64,000 nt of DNA, taken from contig NW_024704742.1 in the NCBI RefSeq assembly GCF_018977255.1, positions 120,096,001 to 120,160,000 of the forward strand, in the 5' to 3' direction. The notes under the pieces were generated by a model that had not been told where the DNA came from, searched no databases, and saw only the letters and a program-made list of their open reading frames with translations. The stretch is from Callorhinchus milii. Taxonomy: Eukaryota. Below are positions 49,171 to 61,926 of this stretch, piece by piece. Position numbers and translations under genes: made by a program. Position 1 is the stretch's first letter. The number at the start of each line of letters is the position of its first letter.

Positions 49171-51287
49171 AACAACAACAAGATTCCATTTATAAAGCGC
49201 CTTTCACGTCAGGAGGACGTCCCAAGGCGCTGCACAGTTGGGTCATGACCCGAGCAGGGGGGAAATGGTCAGGGTGAGGGGAGGGAAGGGAGGGAGCGAG
49301 GAGGGGGAAATGGTCAGGGGAGGGGAGGGAAGGGAGGGAGAGAGGAGGGGGAAGAGAGTCGAGAGGGGAGCTGAAGGCTCGGTCAAAGAGAAAGGTTTTG
49401 AGACCGGCCTTGAAGGAGGAGAGGGAGGAAGCAAGGCGAAGGCACTGGGGGATAGACTTCCAGAGCCTAGGGGCTGAGAGGCTGAAGGCCCGACCACCGA
49501 TGGTAGGGCGGTTGGGGCGGGGGACGTGGAGCAGACCGGAGCCAGAGGAACGGAGGGTACGGGCAGGTAGGTAGGGGGATAGTAGGTTGGAGAGGTAGGA
49601 GGGAGCAAGGCCGTGAATGGCCTTGTAGGTGAGGATGAGGATCTTGAAATCAATCCTCTGGGGGATGGGGAGCCAGTGGAGGCGAGCGAGGGTGGGAGTG
49701 ATGTGGTCCCGAAGCATGGTGCGGGACAGTACACGAGCTGCAGAGTTCTGAATGACCTGCAGCTTGTGGAGGGAGGTGGCGGGAAGGCCAGCGAGGAGAG
49801 AGTTCCCATAGTCCAGCCTTGAGGTGACAAAGGCGTGAACTAGGGTTTCAGCAGCGTGAGGGGTGAGGTAATGGCGTAGTCTGGCGATGTTCCGAAGGTG
49901 ATGGAAGGCGGTGCCAGTTGTGGTGCGGATGTGAGGGAGAAAGGACAGCTCAGGGTCGAACAAAACGCCGAGGTTCCTGACTGGCTTTGAGAGGTGGAGA
50001 GTGCAGCCTTGGATGCTGATGGTGTCAGCGCCTGAGGTGCGGAGGCGCTGACGTGAGCCAATCAGGAGGGCCTCCGTTTTTCGCACGTTGAGCTGAAAAA
50101 AGTTGTCTCTCGTCCAGGACTCGATGTCGGACAGGCAGGCTGTCAGGACATCGGTGGTCGTGGAGTTGAGAGTAGAGGAGGAAAGGTAGAGTTGGGTGTC
50201 ATCCGCATACATGTGGAAGTTAACTCCATGTCTGCGGATGATGTCACCAAGGGGGAGCATGTAGAGGGTGAAGAGGAGGGGACCAAGGACAGAGCCCTGA
50301 GGGACACCACATGAGACAGTGCGGGGGGGTGGAGGAGAAGCCATTCGTCGAGACAAAGTGTAGACGGTGAGAAAGGTACGACCTAAACCATTCAAGGACA
50401 GTGCCTTGAAGGTTGAGGTGGGAGGACAAGCGGTGGAGGAGGATACCGTGGTCGACCGTATCGAATGCTGCCGATAGGTCGAGGAGGACGAGGAGGACGA
50501 GGAGATAGAGGGAGCCCTGGTCACAGATGGTCAGGATATCATTGGTGACCTTGACCAGGGCAGTTTCTGTGCTATGGGCAGCACGGAAACCTGACTGAAG
50601 GGGTTCGAAAAGAGAATGGGTGGAAAGGAAAGAGCGCAGTTGGGAGGCGACAACTCTTTCCAAGACTTTGGAGAGAAAGGGGAGGTTGGAGATGGGCCGG
50701 TAACTTGATAGCTGCGAAGCATCAAGGGAGGGTTTTTTCAGGGTGGGCGTGATGATGGCAGTTTTTAATGGAATGGGGACAGAGCCAGAGGAGAGGGACA
50801 GGTTGATGATGTCAGTGATATGTGGGGCAAGAAAGTGGAGCTGGGAGATAAGGAGTGGAGTGGGGATGGGGTCAAGGGAGCAGGTGGTTGGTTTCAGGGA
50901 TAGGATGAGTTTGGTGACAGATGGTGGTGAAACGGGTACAAAAGTGAGTAGGGTAGGATGGGTAGCAGTCGGAGTGTGGGAGTGAGGGGGTGGATGATTG
51001 GTGGATGTTGGAGGGGAAGTGACCGCGGAGCGAATTTCCTTGATCTTGGATTCAAGGAAATCCAGCATCTCCTCGCAGTGAAGGTTGGAGGAGATGACCT
51101 GCGCGGGGTGGCGGGAGGGACGGAGGAGTCGGGTTGTGGTGGAAAACAGTAGCCTGGGGTTGTTCTTCGCCTCCAGGATTATCCTGGAGTAGAAGGACGA
51201 CTTGGCCGAGGCTAGAGTGGAGCGGTAAATTTTGAGGAGGTCCAGCCAGATATGTCGGTGGACCGTTAGGCCAGATTTGGCACAGGT
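49171..51287 (-). mobile_element. L2 family A, 5'-truncated, nested in CR1 with target deletion
   Basis: (AAC)n tail, RT with YADD; CR1 flanks correspond to about 24385 and 24626 of the sister copy. Confidence 0.93.
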
Positions 51288-53362
51288 AAATGGTAAATAG
51301 CTGAGGCCCAAGCACTGATCCTTGTGGCACTCCACTACATCCTGCCAATTCGAGAATGATCCGTTTATCACTACTCTCTGCTTTCTACCCGATAGCCACT
51401 CTTCTATCCATGTTAATGTTTTCCCATTAATCCTGTGGGCCTTGATCTTGAGTAACAGCCTTTTGGGTGGCACCTTGTCAAATGCCTTCCTAAAATCCAA
51501 ATATACCACATCTACTGGTTCCCCCTTATCCAACCTGCTGGATACATCCTCAAAAAATTCTGAAAGGTTAGTCAAGCATGACTTCCCTTTTGTAAAGCCA
51601 TGTTGACTCTGCCTAATCTTTTTATGGTCTTCCAGGTATCCCATAACTACGTCTTTTATTAAGGACTCAAGAATTTTCCCTACAACTGACGTCAAACTAA
51701 CTGGTCTATAGTTTTCCCTATTTTCTCTCCCACCCTTCTTAAATAGTGGAGTTACGTTTGCAATCTTCCAATCAATGGGAACTTTTCCAGTATCCACAGA
51801 CTTTTGGAAGATTATAGACATGCCATCCACTATCTCAGTAGCCACCTCCTTTAAAACTCTCGGATGCAGGCCATCCGGTCCAGGGGATTTATCGGTTTTA
51901 AGACCCGACAATTTACCTAGAACCATCTCTTTACTAATGTTAATCTCCCTAAGTTGCTCGCTAACATTGTCTTCTTGGTCCTCTATTTTTGGTATGTTTC
52001 CAGTGTCTTCTACGGTGAAGACTGTAGAAAAATACTTGTTTAATGACTCTGCCATGTCTTTGTCCCCTATTATAATTCCTCCGGTCTCTGCCTGTAATGG
52101 ACCCACATTCACCCTCGCTAGCCTTTTCCTCTTTATATATTTGTAAAAACTCTTGGAGTCTGTTTTTATGTTCTTTGCTAGTTTGCCCTCGTAATCTATT
52201 TTCTCCCTCTTGATCAATTTTTTGGTCCTCCTCTGTTGTTCCCTAAAGTTCTCCCAATCCTCGGGTTTACTACTCATCTTCGCTGTTTTATAGGCTTTTT
52301 CTTTTGATTTGATACTTTCCCTAACTGCTCTAGTTAGCCATGGCTGCACCACCTTTCCCATGGCATTCTTATTCCTCAAAGGAATATGTGCTCGTTGGGA
52401 ATTTTGCACTATCTCCATTGCTGGTCTACCGTCAAATCTTTAAGTTTAGTCTCCCAGTTTATTCTGGCTAAATCCTCTCATACCAGCAAAGTTGGCTCGA
52501 TTTAAATTGAAGACTTTTGCTTCAGACTTAACTACTTCCCTCTCTAACTTAACGCTAAATTCCATCATATTATGATCGCTTTGCCCTAGAGGAGCCTTAA
52601 GTTCCAGTTTGCTGATCAGCCCTGTTTCATTACACAAAACAAGGTCTAATATGGCTTGTTCCCTGGTCGGCTCCTCAGCATATTGATCTAGAAAATTATC
52701 TCTAATACATTCTATAAACTCCTCTTCTATGTTACCTTTCCCAATTTGGTTGTCCCAGTCTATGTGCAGGTTAAAATCACCCACAATTAGTGTCTTTCCT
52801 TTGCTACATGCTCCACTAATCTCTTGATTTATACCTTGAGCGATACTTTGACCACTGTTTGGGGGTCTATAAACTACTCCCACTATAGTTTTCTGCCCCT
52901 TGAAGTTACGTATCTCCACCCATACTCTATATCTTGCTTTTCAGATTTAAAATCTTTCCTCTCTACTGTTTTTATCCCATCCTTTATTAGCAGGGCCACT
53001 CCCCCTCCTCGTTTACCACATCGCCTATCTTTCCTATATACCACGAATCCGGGAATATTCAGTTCCCATCCCTGATCACCCTGTAACCATGTCTCGGTGA
53101 TGGCTACTAGATCATACCGGTTTGTCTCTATTTGTGCAACTAATTCATCTATCTTGTTACGAATGCTTCGTGCATTCAGATATAGCGCCCTTAATTCTGA
53201 CTTCCGGCTATTAACCCTATTCACCAGCACTCTATCACTGTACTTCCTTTCCCTGCTTGACACACTTTGCTCTTCTCCCTTGTTAATCTGCTCTCTTGCT
53301 TTTGTTGATCTCAAGTTTAACTGTGGTGGACTATACTTTACTATGTTTTTACCTCCCCCCCC

Positions 53363-54284
53363 TTAGTAGTTTAAAGCCCTTTCTACCTCCCTATTTATTC
53401 GCGTAGCCAGGACATTTGTCCCAGCCCTATTTAGGTGGAGCCCATTCCTTTGGAAAAGCTCCCATCTTCCCCAATACTCGTGCCAGTGGCCCATGAATTG
53501 GAATTCCTGCTCTCCGCACCACTCTTTTAGCCAGGCATTCAGATCTATGATCTTCTTTTGCCTGTACCAATTAGCTCCTGGCTCAGGTAACAGTCCCGAT
53601 ATCATCACTTTGGAAGTTCTATTCCTTAGTTTAATTCCCAATTCCCGGAACTCGCTCCTTAACTCGTCCCTACTGGTCCTACCAATGTCATTGGTCCCTA
53701 TATGTACCATTACGATTGGATCCTCTCCCTCATGCCTCAAATTTATCTCCAGCCCGGCGGTGACATCCTTCACCCTGGCCCCAGGAAGACAACAGAGTCT
53801 TCTTGTCTCCCTGCTACGGCTACAGAAAACTGTATCAGTCCTCTCGACTGTCTCATCCCCAATAAGAATTACATTTTTAACCTCCTGCACAGGGGTGTTG
53901 GGGTCAGTTTGCCCGTCTTCCTCGCAGATTTCCTTGTCCACACAGGTTGCCAATATTTCATACCTGTCAGACAAGGCTAAAGTCTGGGATTCTTCAGCCC
54001 CTCTCTTTCGGGAACGCTTGCCTGCCCGCCTGACTGTCACCCAGTCATGTCCGTCGCTGCTACATTCTTCTTCCTTGGGACTCAGGGGAGTGTCCGGCTC
54101 CAGGATAAAGCTGTCCAGGAAGTTTTCTCCACCCCTAATGCTGCGCAGTGTCTCCACCTGAGACTCCAGCTCAGCTACTCTCTCTGATTTCCAGACACTT
54201 GCGGCAGACGAAGTCGCCCGGACTTAAGGCACCCTCCATTGACTTCCACATGTGACAGACCTTGCAGTTTACCTGCCACACCAT
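53363..54284 (-). pseudogene. CR1 ORF1 (Cys finger and SGNH esterase)
   Basis: CKVCHMW..FVCRKC, ILIGDE, CLPGARV, VHIGTND, NGLHLN. Confidence 0.9.
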
Positions 54285-54924
54285 CTTCACAAACTTTATA
54301 TAGATACAAAGATATATAGCCTGCCCCCACTTCCCCCTCTGCACCTAATTCCCACTCTCACCAAATTCCCTCACACTCTGGCCTCGCCTCACTCCGGACG
54401 TAGCTCACTCTGGGCTCTCAGCATGTTTCCTCTCTCTCTAGGATTGCAAAATATTCCCTTGCTTCCTCGCCTGCCACATTCAAAAAGATCGCAGATTGCT
54501 GTCTCTGCAGCAGTTTCATTATATTTTGCGCAATTCCGAAAATTTTACTCTGTTTCAAACTGTTGCCAATTGTGTCGTAAACTTCCAACCAACTTCAGCA
54601 GTCTTGGTATTCAATTCTGGTTCTTTCTGCATTTTACTTTTCAATCCGTATTCAAGCTCGGAGTCCGTTTCACTCCAGGTTCCATTTTCACTTCTGAAAG
54701 TGTTATTTGTCAACCAGCCAAATTTTTCTCTTACTCTCGGCCTCAAGCTTTCCCTGTCCCTGGTCTCAGTCTCCTTCTCCTTTTTTGAGGGTTTTCACCC
54801 TCTTCCTTTTTTCCCGGGCCCTTTTGTCGGCTGCCTGCCACTGTCCTTGTGGTTTATGCAGTAAACAAATCCACAATGCTTTGCGTCTTCTTTGGTTCAT
54901 TCCACATGAACTCTGAGTTAGCTT

Positions 54925-55450
54925 ACAGGGGGAAGGCGTCGCCTTGGGTGACCCAGTTTTCGGTGAGGATGTCGATGTTTTCTTTGACAGTGAGGTCTTG
55001 GATGGTGAGCGTTTTGCTGGAGAGGAGGCGGACAGTTTGTAGGCTGTTGCGGAAGGGATAAATATGTGAAGCAAGGGGATGATTGACGGGGAGGGTGGGA
55101 ATGTGGATAAGATAGAAGAGGTTGGCCTCCCGGGTCAGGGATTGAGGGGCCATGCAGCGGAAGTGGGAATGGGGCATTCAGAGTGGCTGCTGTTGGACAG
55201 CCAACGGTGTCTGCCACTGTGGGCCCGACGGGATTTGCAGGCTGGAGCAGAGGAAAGCTGTGGGATGATCGAGCAGGGATAGGAGGCAGATAGGGCGCTG
55301 GGAGAAAAGGATTGAGCGCGGTGGAGGGTAGAGGACAGGGCTGGGAACATATTGGGGGAAGCAGCTCAGGTCGGGGCGGCAGCTAAGTTGCGACCGCCAA
55401 GACTAAGAGCGAACGGGGTGGGGGTCAGCGTGGCACGGTCAGCCGGTTAC
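54925..55450 (-). mobile_element. Diverged L2 5' fragment
   Basis: RRAHSG..WLSNSSH, LQTVRLLSSK..IDILTENW are homologous to the L2 N-terminus. Confidence 0.7.
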
Positions 55451-55477
55451 CATGGGTCATGGTGTAGTAGTTAGTCC

Positions 55478-57247
55478 CTCCGCTCATTCACTCCCTCTGC
55501 ACAAACCGCCTCCTTAAGGCAAACACAACTTCCCCCTCCCTCATACGTACCCTTCCCAACTCTCCACTCCCCCCACACTCCACAGCCATCTGTCCCTCTG
55601 CTCCAAACGCCTGCTCCTAATGGGCGATTTCAACCTCCACCTAAACTCCCCTTGCACCACATCTTCTGACTTCACTGCCCTCCTCTCCAACCTAAACCTC
55701 ACCCTTCACATAAATTCACCCACCTACAACCATGGCCATGCCCCCGTAATCACCCATGGCCTTGACATTTCCGACTTTAGCATAGTGGACAAGGCTATCT
55801 CGAACCACTTCCTCATCTCCTTCTCCTCTCACATTCCTCTCTCCTCCGCCAAGCCCTCAACCATACTCTACCGCCCTGTGACCCTCACAAAGGCCCTCAC
55901 ACCGTCCGATATCCTATCCCTCTGGCGTTCCACCACCCACTACCTCCTCCATGAGCCCCCTCAGATCTCCTCAATCTTCACATCCAATGCCAAGTGCGAG
56001 GAGGTCATGGATTTATTTTCATCCAAAATACATAACATCCGCCAGGCAGCCTCATCCTCCTGCCTCTTGTCCCCCACCACCACCCCCTCTCCGTCCCCCT
56101 CACCCCCCCATCATCAGCTCCTACCACGATTCCCATCCTACATTCCTTCCTCCCCATCTCTCCTTCCTCCCTCTCACCCACCATCACCTCAATGAAACCC
56201 ACCACCTGCTACCTCGACCCCCTCCCCACCAACTTGCTGGTCACCCAGCTCCCCCTCCTCTGTCCACTACTGGCTGATGTTATCAACCAATCCCTCTCCT
56301 TCCCTGCCCCCCTCAAAGCTGCTGTCATCACTCCCCTCCTCAAAAAACCTTCCCTAGTTCCCTCAAACCCTAGCCAATACCGCCCTATTTCAAACCTGCC
56401 CTTCCTCGCAAAAGTCCTAGAATGTGTTGATACAAATCAACTCTGCGCATACCTCTCCTCCTACTCCCTCTTCGAACCTCTCCAATCCGGTTTCCACCCT
56501 GCCCAGTACAGAGACTGCGCTTGTGAAAGTCTTAAGTGACATCCTCTCTATCTGTGACCAGGGCTCCCTCTGCCTCCTTGTCCTCCTGGACCGCTCCAGC
56601 GCTTTCGACACAGTCGATCACGCCATCCTCTTCCACCGCCTTTCTTCCGTCATCCACCTCAGTGGGACTGCACTCACCTGGTTCGAGTCCTATCTCACGC
56701 ACCGCCAGCAGTACATCTGCACAAACGGCTTTTCCTCACGCTCTCACCCGGTTATCTGCGGGGTAACCCAAGGATCCATCCTTGGCCTCCTCCTCTACAT
56801 GCTCCCTCTTGGGGGTGTCATCCGCAGACATGAAGTACATTTCCATTGCCCGTCTCCACCAATATCTCACTCCAAAAGCCACTGAAACCCTGCTCCATGC
56901 CTTTGTCACCTCTCGGCTGGACTACTCAAATGCCCTCCTCGCCGGTCTCCCCTCCACTAGCATTCACAAAATCCAGGTCATCCAAAACTGCCTTCTGCAC
57001 TCTTACCCGCACCAAACTCCGCTCCACGATAACCCCAGTCCTTGCCAGACTGCACTGGCTGCCTGTCCCAAAGAGGATCAACTTCAAGTTCCTCACCTTT
57101 GTCATCAAATCCCTCCACTCCTCTGCACCCCCGACCTCTCTGACCTCCTCTCCTCAAAACAGTGCCCGTTGCCTTCGCTCCACCGGGTCTCGTCTCCTCC
57201 TTGTCCCCCAAATCCTCTGCTCCACCATCGGTGGCCGTGCCTTCAGC
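55478..57247 (+). mobile_element. L2 family B, decayed, 5' portion (resumes at 60858)
   Basis: [33 protein letters not shown]; internal deletions. Confidence 0.88.
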
Positions 57248-60200
57248 AACAGCAACAAGATTCCATTTATTGAGCGCCTTTCACGTCGGGATGACGTCCC
57301 AAGGCGCTGTACAGTTAGGTCAGGACCCGAGCATTGGGGGGGAAATGGTCAGGGTGAGGGGAGGGAAGGGAGGGAGCGAGGAGGGGGTAGAGAGTCGAGA
57401 GGGGAGCTGAAGGCACTGTCAAAGAGAAAGGTCTTGAGACCGGCCTTGAAGGAGGAAAGGGAGGAAGCGAAGGCACTGGGGGATAGAGTTCCAGAGCCTA
57501 GGGTCTGAGAGGCTGAAAGCCCGGCCACCGATGGTAGGGCGGTTGGGGCGGGGGATGTGGAGCAGACCGGAGCCAGAGGAACGGAGGGTACGGGCAGGCA
57601 GGTAGGGGGATAGTAGGTTGGAGAGGTAGGAGAAGGCAAGGCCGTGAATGGCCTTGTAGGTGAGGATGAGGATCTTGAAATCGATCCTCTGGGGGATGGG
57701 GAGCCAGTGGAGGCGAGCGAGGGTGGGAGTGATGTGGTCCCGAAGCCTGGTGCGGGACAGCACACGAGCTGCAGAGTTCTGAATGACCTGCAGGTTGTGG
57801 AGGGAGGTGGCGGGAAGGCCGGCGAGGAGAGAGTTCCCATAGTCCAGCCTTGAGGTGATAAAGGCGTGGACCAGAGTTTCAGCAGCGTGAGGGGTGAGGT
57901 AGTGCCGTAGTTTGGCGATGTTTCGGAGGTGATGGAAGGCGGTGCCAGTTGTGGCGCGGATATGAGGAAGAAAGGACAGCTCAGGGTCGAACAGAACCCG
58001 AGGTTCCTGACTGTCTTTGAGAGGTGGAGAGTGCAGCCTTGGATGCTGATGCTGTCAGCGCCTGAGGTGCGGAGGCGCTGACGTGAGCCAATCAGGAGGG
58101 CCTCAGTTTTGCACACTTTGAGCTGGAGAAAGTTATCTCTCGTCCAGGACTCAATGTCGGACAGGCAGCTGTCAGGACATCGGTGGTCGTGGAGTTGAGG
58201 GTAGAGGAGGAAAGGTAGAGTTGGGTGTCATCCGCATACATGTGGAAGTTAACCCCATGTCTGCGGATGATGTCACCAAGGGGGAGCATATAGAGGGTGA
58301 AGAGGAGGGGACAGAGCCTTGAGGGACACCGCACGAGACAGTGCGGGGGCCGGAGGAAAAAACATTTGTGGAGACAAAGTGAAGACGGTGGGAGACGTAC
58401 GACCTAAACCACTCAAGGACAGGGCCTTGAAGGTTTAGGTGGGAGGACAAGCGGTGGAGTAGGATAGCGTGGTCGACCGTATCGAATGCTGCCGATAGGT
58501 CGAGGAGGACGAGGAGGCAGAGGGAGCCCTGGTCACAGATGGTCAGGATGTCATTGGTGACCTTGACCAAGGCAGTTTCTGTGCTATGGGCAGCACGGAA
58601 ACCCGACTGAAGGGGTTCAAATAGTGAATGGTTGGAGAAGAAAGAGCGCAGCTGGGAGGCGACAACTCGTTCCAGGACCTTGGACAGGAAGGGGAGGTTG
58701 GAGATTGGCCGGTAGCTTGATAGCTGCGACGCATCAAACAAGGGTTTTTTTTAACGTGGGAGTGACGGTGGCAGTTTTTAATGGAATGGGAATAGAGCCA
58801 GAGGAGAGGGACAGGTTGACGATGTCGGTGATATGTGGGGCAAGAAAGTGGAGCTGGGAGATAAGGAGTGGAGTGGGGATGGGGTCAAGGGAGCAGGTGG
58901 TTGGTTTCAGGGATAGGATGAGTTTGGTGGGTAGCAGTCGGAGTGTGGGAGTGAGGGGTTGGGGGGTTGGTGGATGTTGGAGGGGAAGTGACCGCGGAGC
59001 GAATTCCCTTGATCTTGGATTCAAGGAAATCCAGCATCTCCTCGCAGTGAAGGTTGGAGGAGATGATCTGCGCGGGGTGGCGGGGGGGATGGAGGAGTTG
59101 GCATGTGGTAGAGAACAGTAGCCTGGGGTTGTCCTTCGCCTCCAGGATTATCCTGGCGTAGAAGGACGATTTGGCCGAGGCTAGAGTGGAGCGGTAGATT
59201 TTGAGGTGGTCCAACCAGATTTGTCGGTGGACCGTTAGGCCAGATTTGACCCAGGTGCGTTCAGCGGTCCGCACCTGGCTCTTCAGTGAGCGGAGGTGGG
59301 TGGTGAACCAGGGGGAGGAGCGAGAGTAGGAGACAGTACGGGAGGTGATAGGGGCAAGAGTGTCAAGTGTGGAGGAGAGGGTGTTGTGGAGGAGGGTGAG
59401 AGCAGAAGAGGAGTCGGTGAGGGTTGAAGGCCAGAGGGAGAGGAGTTCAGAGGACTCCAAGGCAGCGGTTAGGGATTGAGGAGGTAACTTCTTCCAGGGG
59501 CGGTAGAAGATGGTGGTGGGTCTGGTGGAGGTGGGGTGGTGAAGGAGATGAAGTGGTGGTCGGAGATGGTCTTGTCGGTGATGGTGACATCCGAGACACT
59601 GAGGCCCCGGGTGATCACCAAGTCTAGTGGGTGGCCGTGACTGTGAGTGGGGGAGTTGATGTGGAGGGAGAGGTTGAGCGAGGAGAGCAGCGAAGAGAAG
59701 TCTGAGGAGATGGAGCAGGAGGGGGTGAAGTGCAGGTTAAAGTCGCCCAGGATGATGAGGCGATCAGAGCAGAGGCAGAGAGATGTGAGAAGTGTTGAGA
59801 TATCAGAGATAAAGGTGGGAGAGGTTTTAGGGGCCGGTAGAGGAGGAGGATTTTAAGTGAGAGGAAGGAGGGGTGGGAGAGGGTGAGGTGCTCAAAAGAG
59901 GTGAAAGAACCAGAGGAGTAGGGGGATAGGGCAAGTGGTGTCCTTGAGATAAGGGCAACACCACCGCCACGGCGGTTGGGGCGAGGGATGTGGTGGGAGG
60001 TGTAGCCGGGTGGTGTGGCCTCCGTGAGTGGGAAGGTGTCGCCTGGGGTGAGCCAGGTTTCCGTTAAGGCCATGATGTCAACGTTCTCATCAAGGATGAG
60101 ATCGTTGATGACCAGGGCCTTGTTACAGAGGGAGCGGACGTTTTGTAGTCCGATGTGGAGTGAGCGGTTGACAGAAGGGTGTGTGTGGGGGGAGGGGGAT

Positions 60201-60857
60201 CCAGGTTGTGAGGCAGGGGTGGGGGAAATGGGGATGAGGGAGGAGAGGTTGGCTCCCCGGGTCTGTGTCCGGGGTGGCTGGCGAGTGTGGTGGGGAATGG
60301 GGCAGTCGGTGTGGCTGCTGCTGGACAGCCAACGGCGAGTGCCACGGTGAGCCCGGCGGAGGATTCCCAGGCTGGAACAGAGGGAGGTTGTGGGAGGGTC
60401 AAGTGGGGATAGAAGGCGAGAGGGACGGAGAGAGAGGAGGAGAGAGCGGGAGAGATGCAGAGTGGGGAGGGTTTGGGGGTAGAGAGGAGGGAGGGAGGGG
60501 GTGAGGGTCATAGCGGCAGCCATATTGTGCATGCGGGGACCGGGAGCGAGCGGTCAGGTGGATGGACACATTATCCCATAGGCTGGGCCTGGGGCAGCCA
60601 ACCTAACAGGACCATGGTGGGCTCTGATGTGAGCCCTGGGGGGGCGGGTGGTGTGGGGCGCAGAGGTTTTTTTTTTGTTGTTGCGCACGCACACTTCTGA
60701 AAACTACAACTATGGCGTCAGCGGTTACCCCGCTCCGCCCCCATCCGTTCCCTCCTCAGCCCCAACACCCTGCTAGCTGGGCTCCCTCCCGCGTCGGGCT
60801 TAAGTACCTGAGAAGGTAGCCCCAGGCTCCTTCCCGCGCTGTCCTGGCGCCGCTCCC
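57248..60857 (-). mobile_element. L2 family A variant, full length, inserted in L2-B with a 10-bp TSD
   Basis: TGCCTTCAGC (57238-57247) and TGTCTTCAGC (60858-60867) flank it; ORF begins MHNMAAA at 60532. Confidence 0.93.
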
Positions 60858-61086
60858 TGTCTTCAGCCACTATGCCCTGAGGCTCTGGAACTCCCTTCCT
60901 CACTCCCTTCGTCTCACTCCCTCTCTTCCTATTTTTAGGTCTCGGCTGAAGACCTTTCTTTTTGACCGCGCCTTTGGTCACCTTCCTCCCCCTCCCCCTG
61001 GCTCGGCCCCAGGATCCGTTACTGTGAAGCGCTCTGAGACGCCATCCGGCATGGAGGGCGCTATATAAATCCAAGTTGTTGTTGTT
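60858..61086 (+). mobile_element. L2 family B 3' end
   Basis: LWNSLP..LKTFLF, 3' stem-loop, (GTT)n tail. Confidence 0.9.
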
Positions 61087-61226
61087 AGTGCAGTAGTCCT
61101 GTTGAGTTCAGGCTCAGAGTTTCAAATGTGACGGCCGGAAGTGACGTCACGTGGCAGTCGATTGATGATTGTTTGGTTTGGCGGGAGAGTCAGAAATGGC
61201 CGTGTTGGTGCCTGGACCAGCCGAGG

Positions 61227-61926
61227 TCACAGATCCCACGCTGGCCCCGCACACGACCGGTAGCCTTGGTCCCCGCGGTGGATCTGGTCACCGCTGGGGC
61301 CGTCGGATCCCACGGCGGTCAGTGTTATCCTCGAGCGCCGCTCCAAGCCTGTCCGCCATGGGAGGCCTTGAGCTCCAAAACTCCAGGCTCCGGTCACACT
61401 CCGTTCCCACTCGCCCGGCTGATTCCAGCAGCGTTGATGTTCAGGCATTGGGTTGTAGGTTTTTTCCCCTGTTTTGGTAATCCTGTTTGACGACGTCCGA
61501 TGCCATTTTCTGAGGCGTAGATACTGGTACTTGCTTTGCAGAGTCTCCACACTTACAGTACAACACTGTACTAATATTGATTGTAAATGGTTCCTTTTAG
61601 TACTGCATGTGGCTATAGTTGTAATACCCACTACTGCAAGTTCCTTTTTGATCTGTCTGCCAATTGGCTGATTGCACTTCATTAATTTACAGAAAATCTC
61701 TATAGATGGTTCTAGCACTAACCAATGTAGCCAAACACGCACAGCAAGACTGGCATCAGAGCGATCAGCGAGCATTGTCAGCCCGCAGACATGGCGGGGG
61801 CTAGGGGAGACAGCACAGAGGGGAAACGGATTGGCACTCATTGCTTTGTTTGGACCAAAGCCAGAGAAGGAGAGGGAAGGTGTTAGGTAATTTTCCGTTT
61901 CTACCTTCTTTGTATACTTCTGCAAT
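61227..61926 (-). other. Unidentified open reading frame that continues at 63961-64000 across an LTR insertion
   Basis: 232 codons open; the rejoined frame reads ILIGCRRIACPA-LQKYTKK without a stop; no motif recognised. Confidence 0.3.

Larger units (their letters stand above)
48435..54430 (-). mobile_element. CR1 LINE, near full length, interrupted by L2 (49171-51287)
   Basis: (ATAAGAAC)n tail; ORF2 YLNARSIRNK, YRPP, GDFN, YLDFRKAFDKV; ORF1 upstream. Confidence 0.93.

Noticed and set aside
53493..54864. Plus-strand ORFs of 222, 178 and 122 aa as host exons
   Set aside because: Antisense to CR1 ORF1/5' UTR and a decayed remnant; no recognisable domain or splice pattern.
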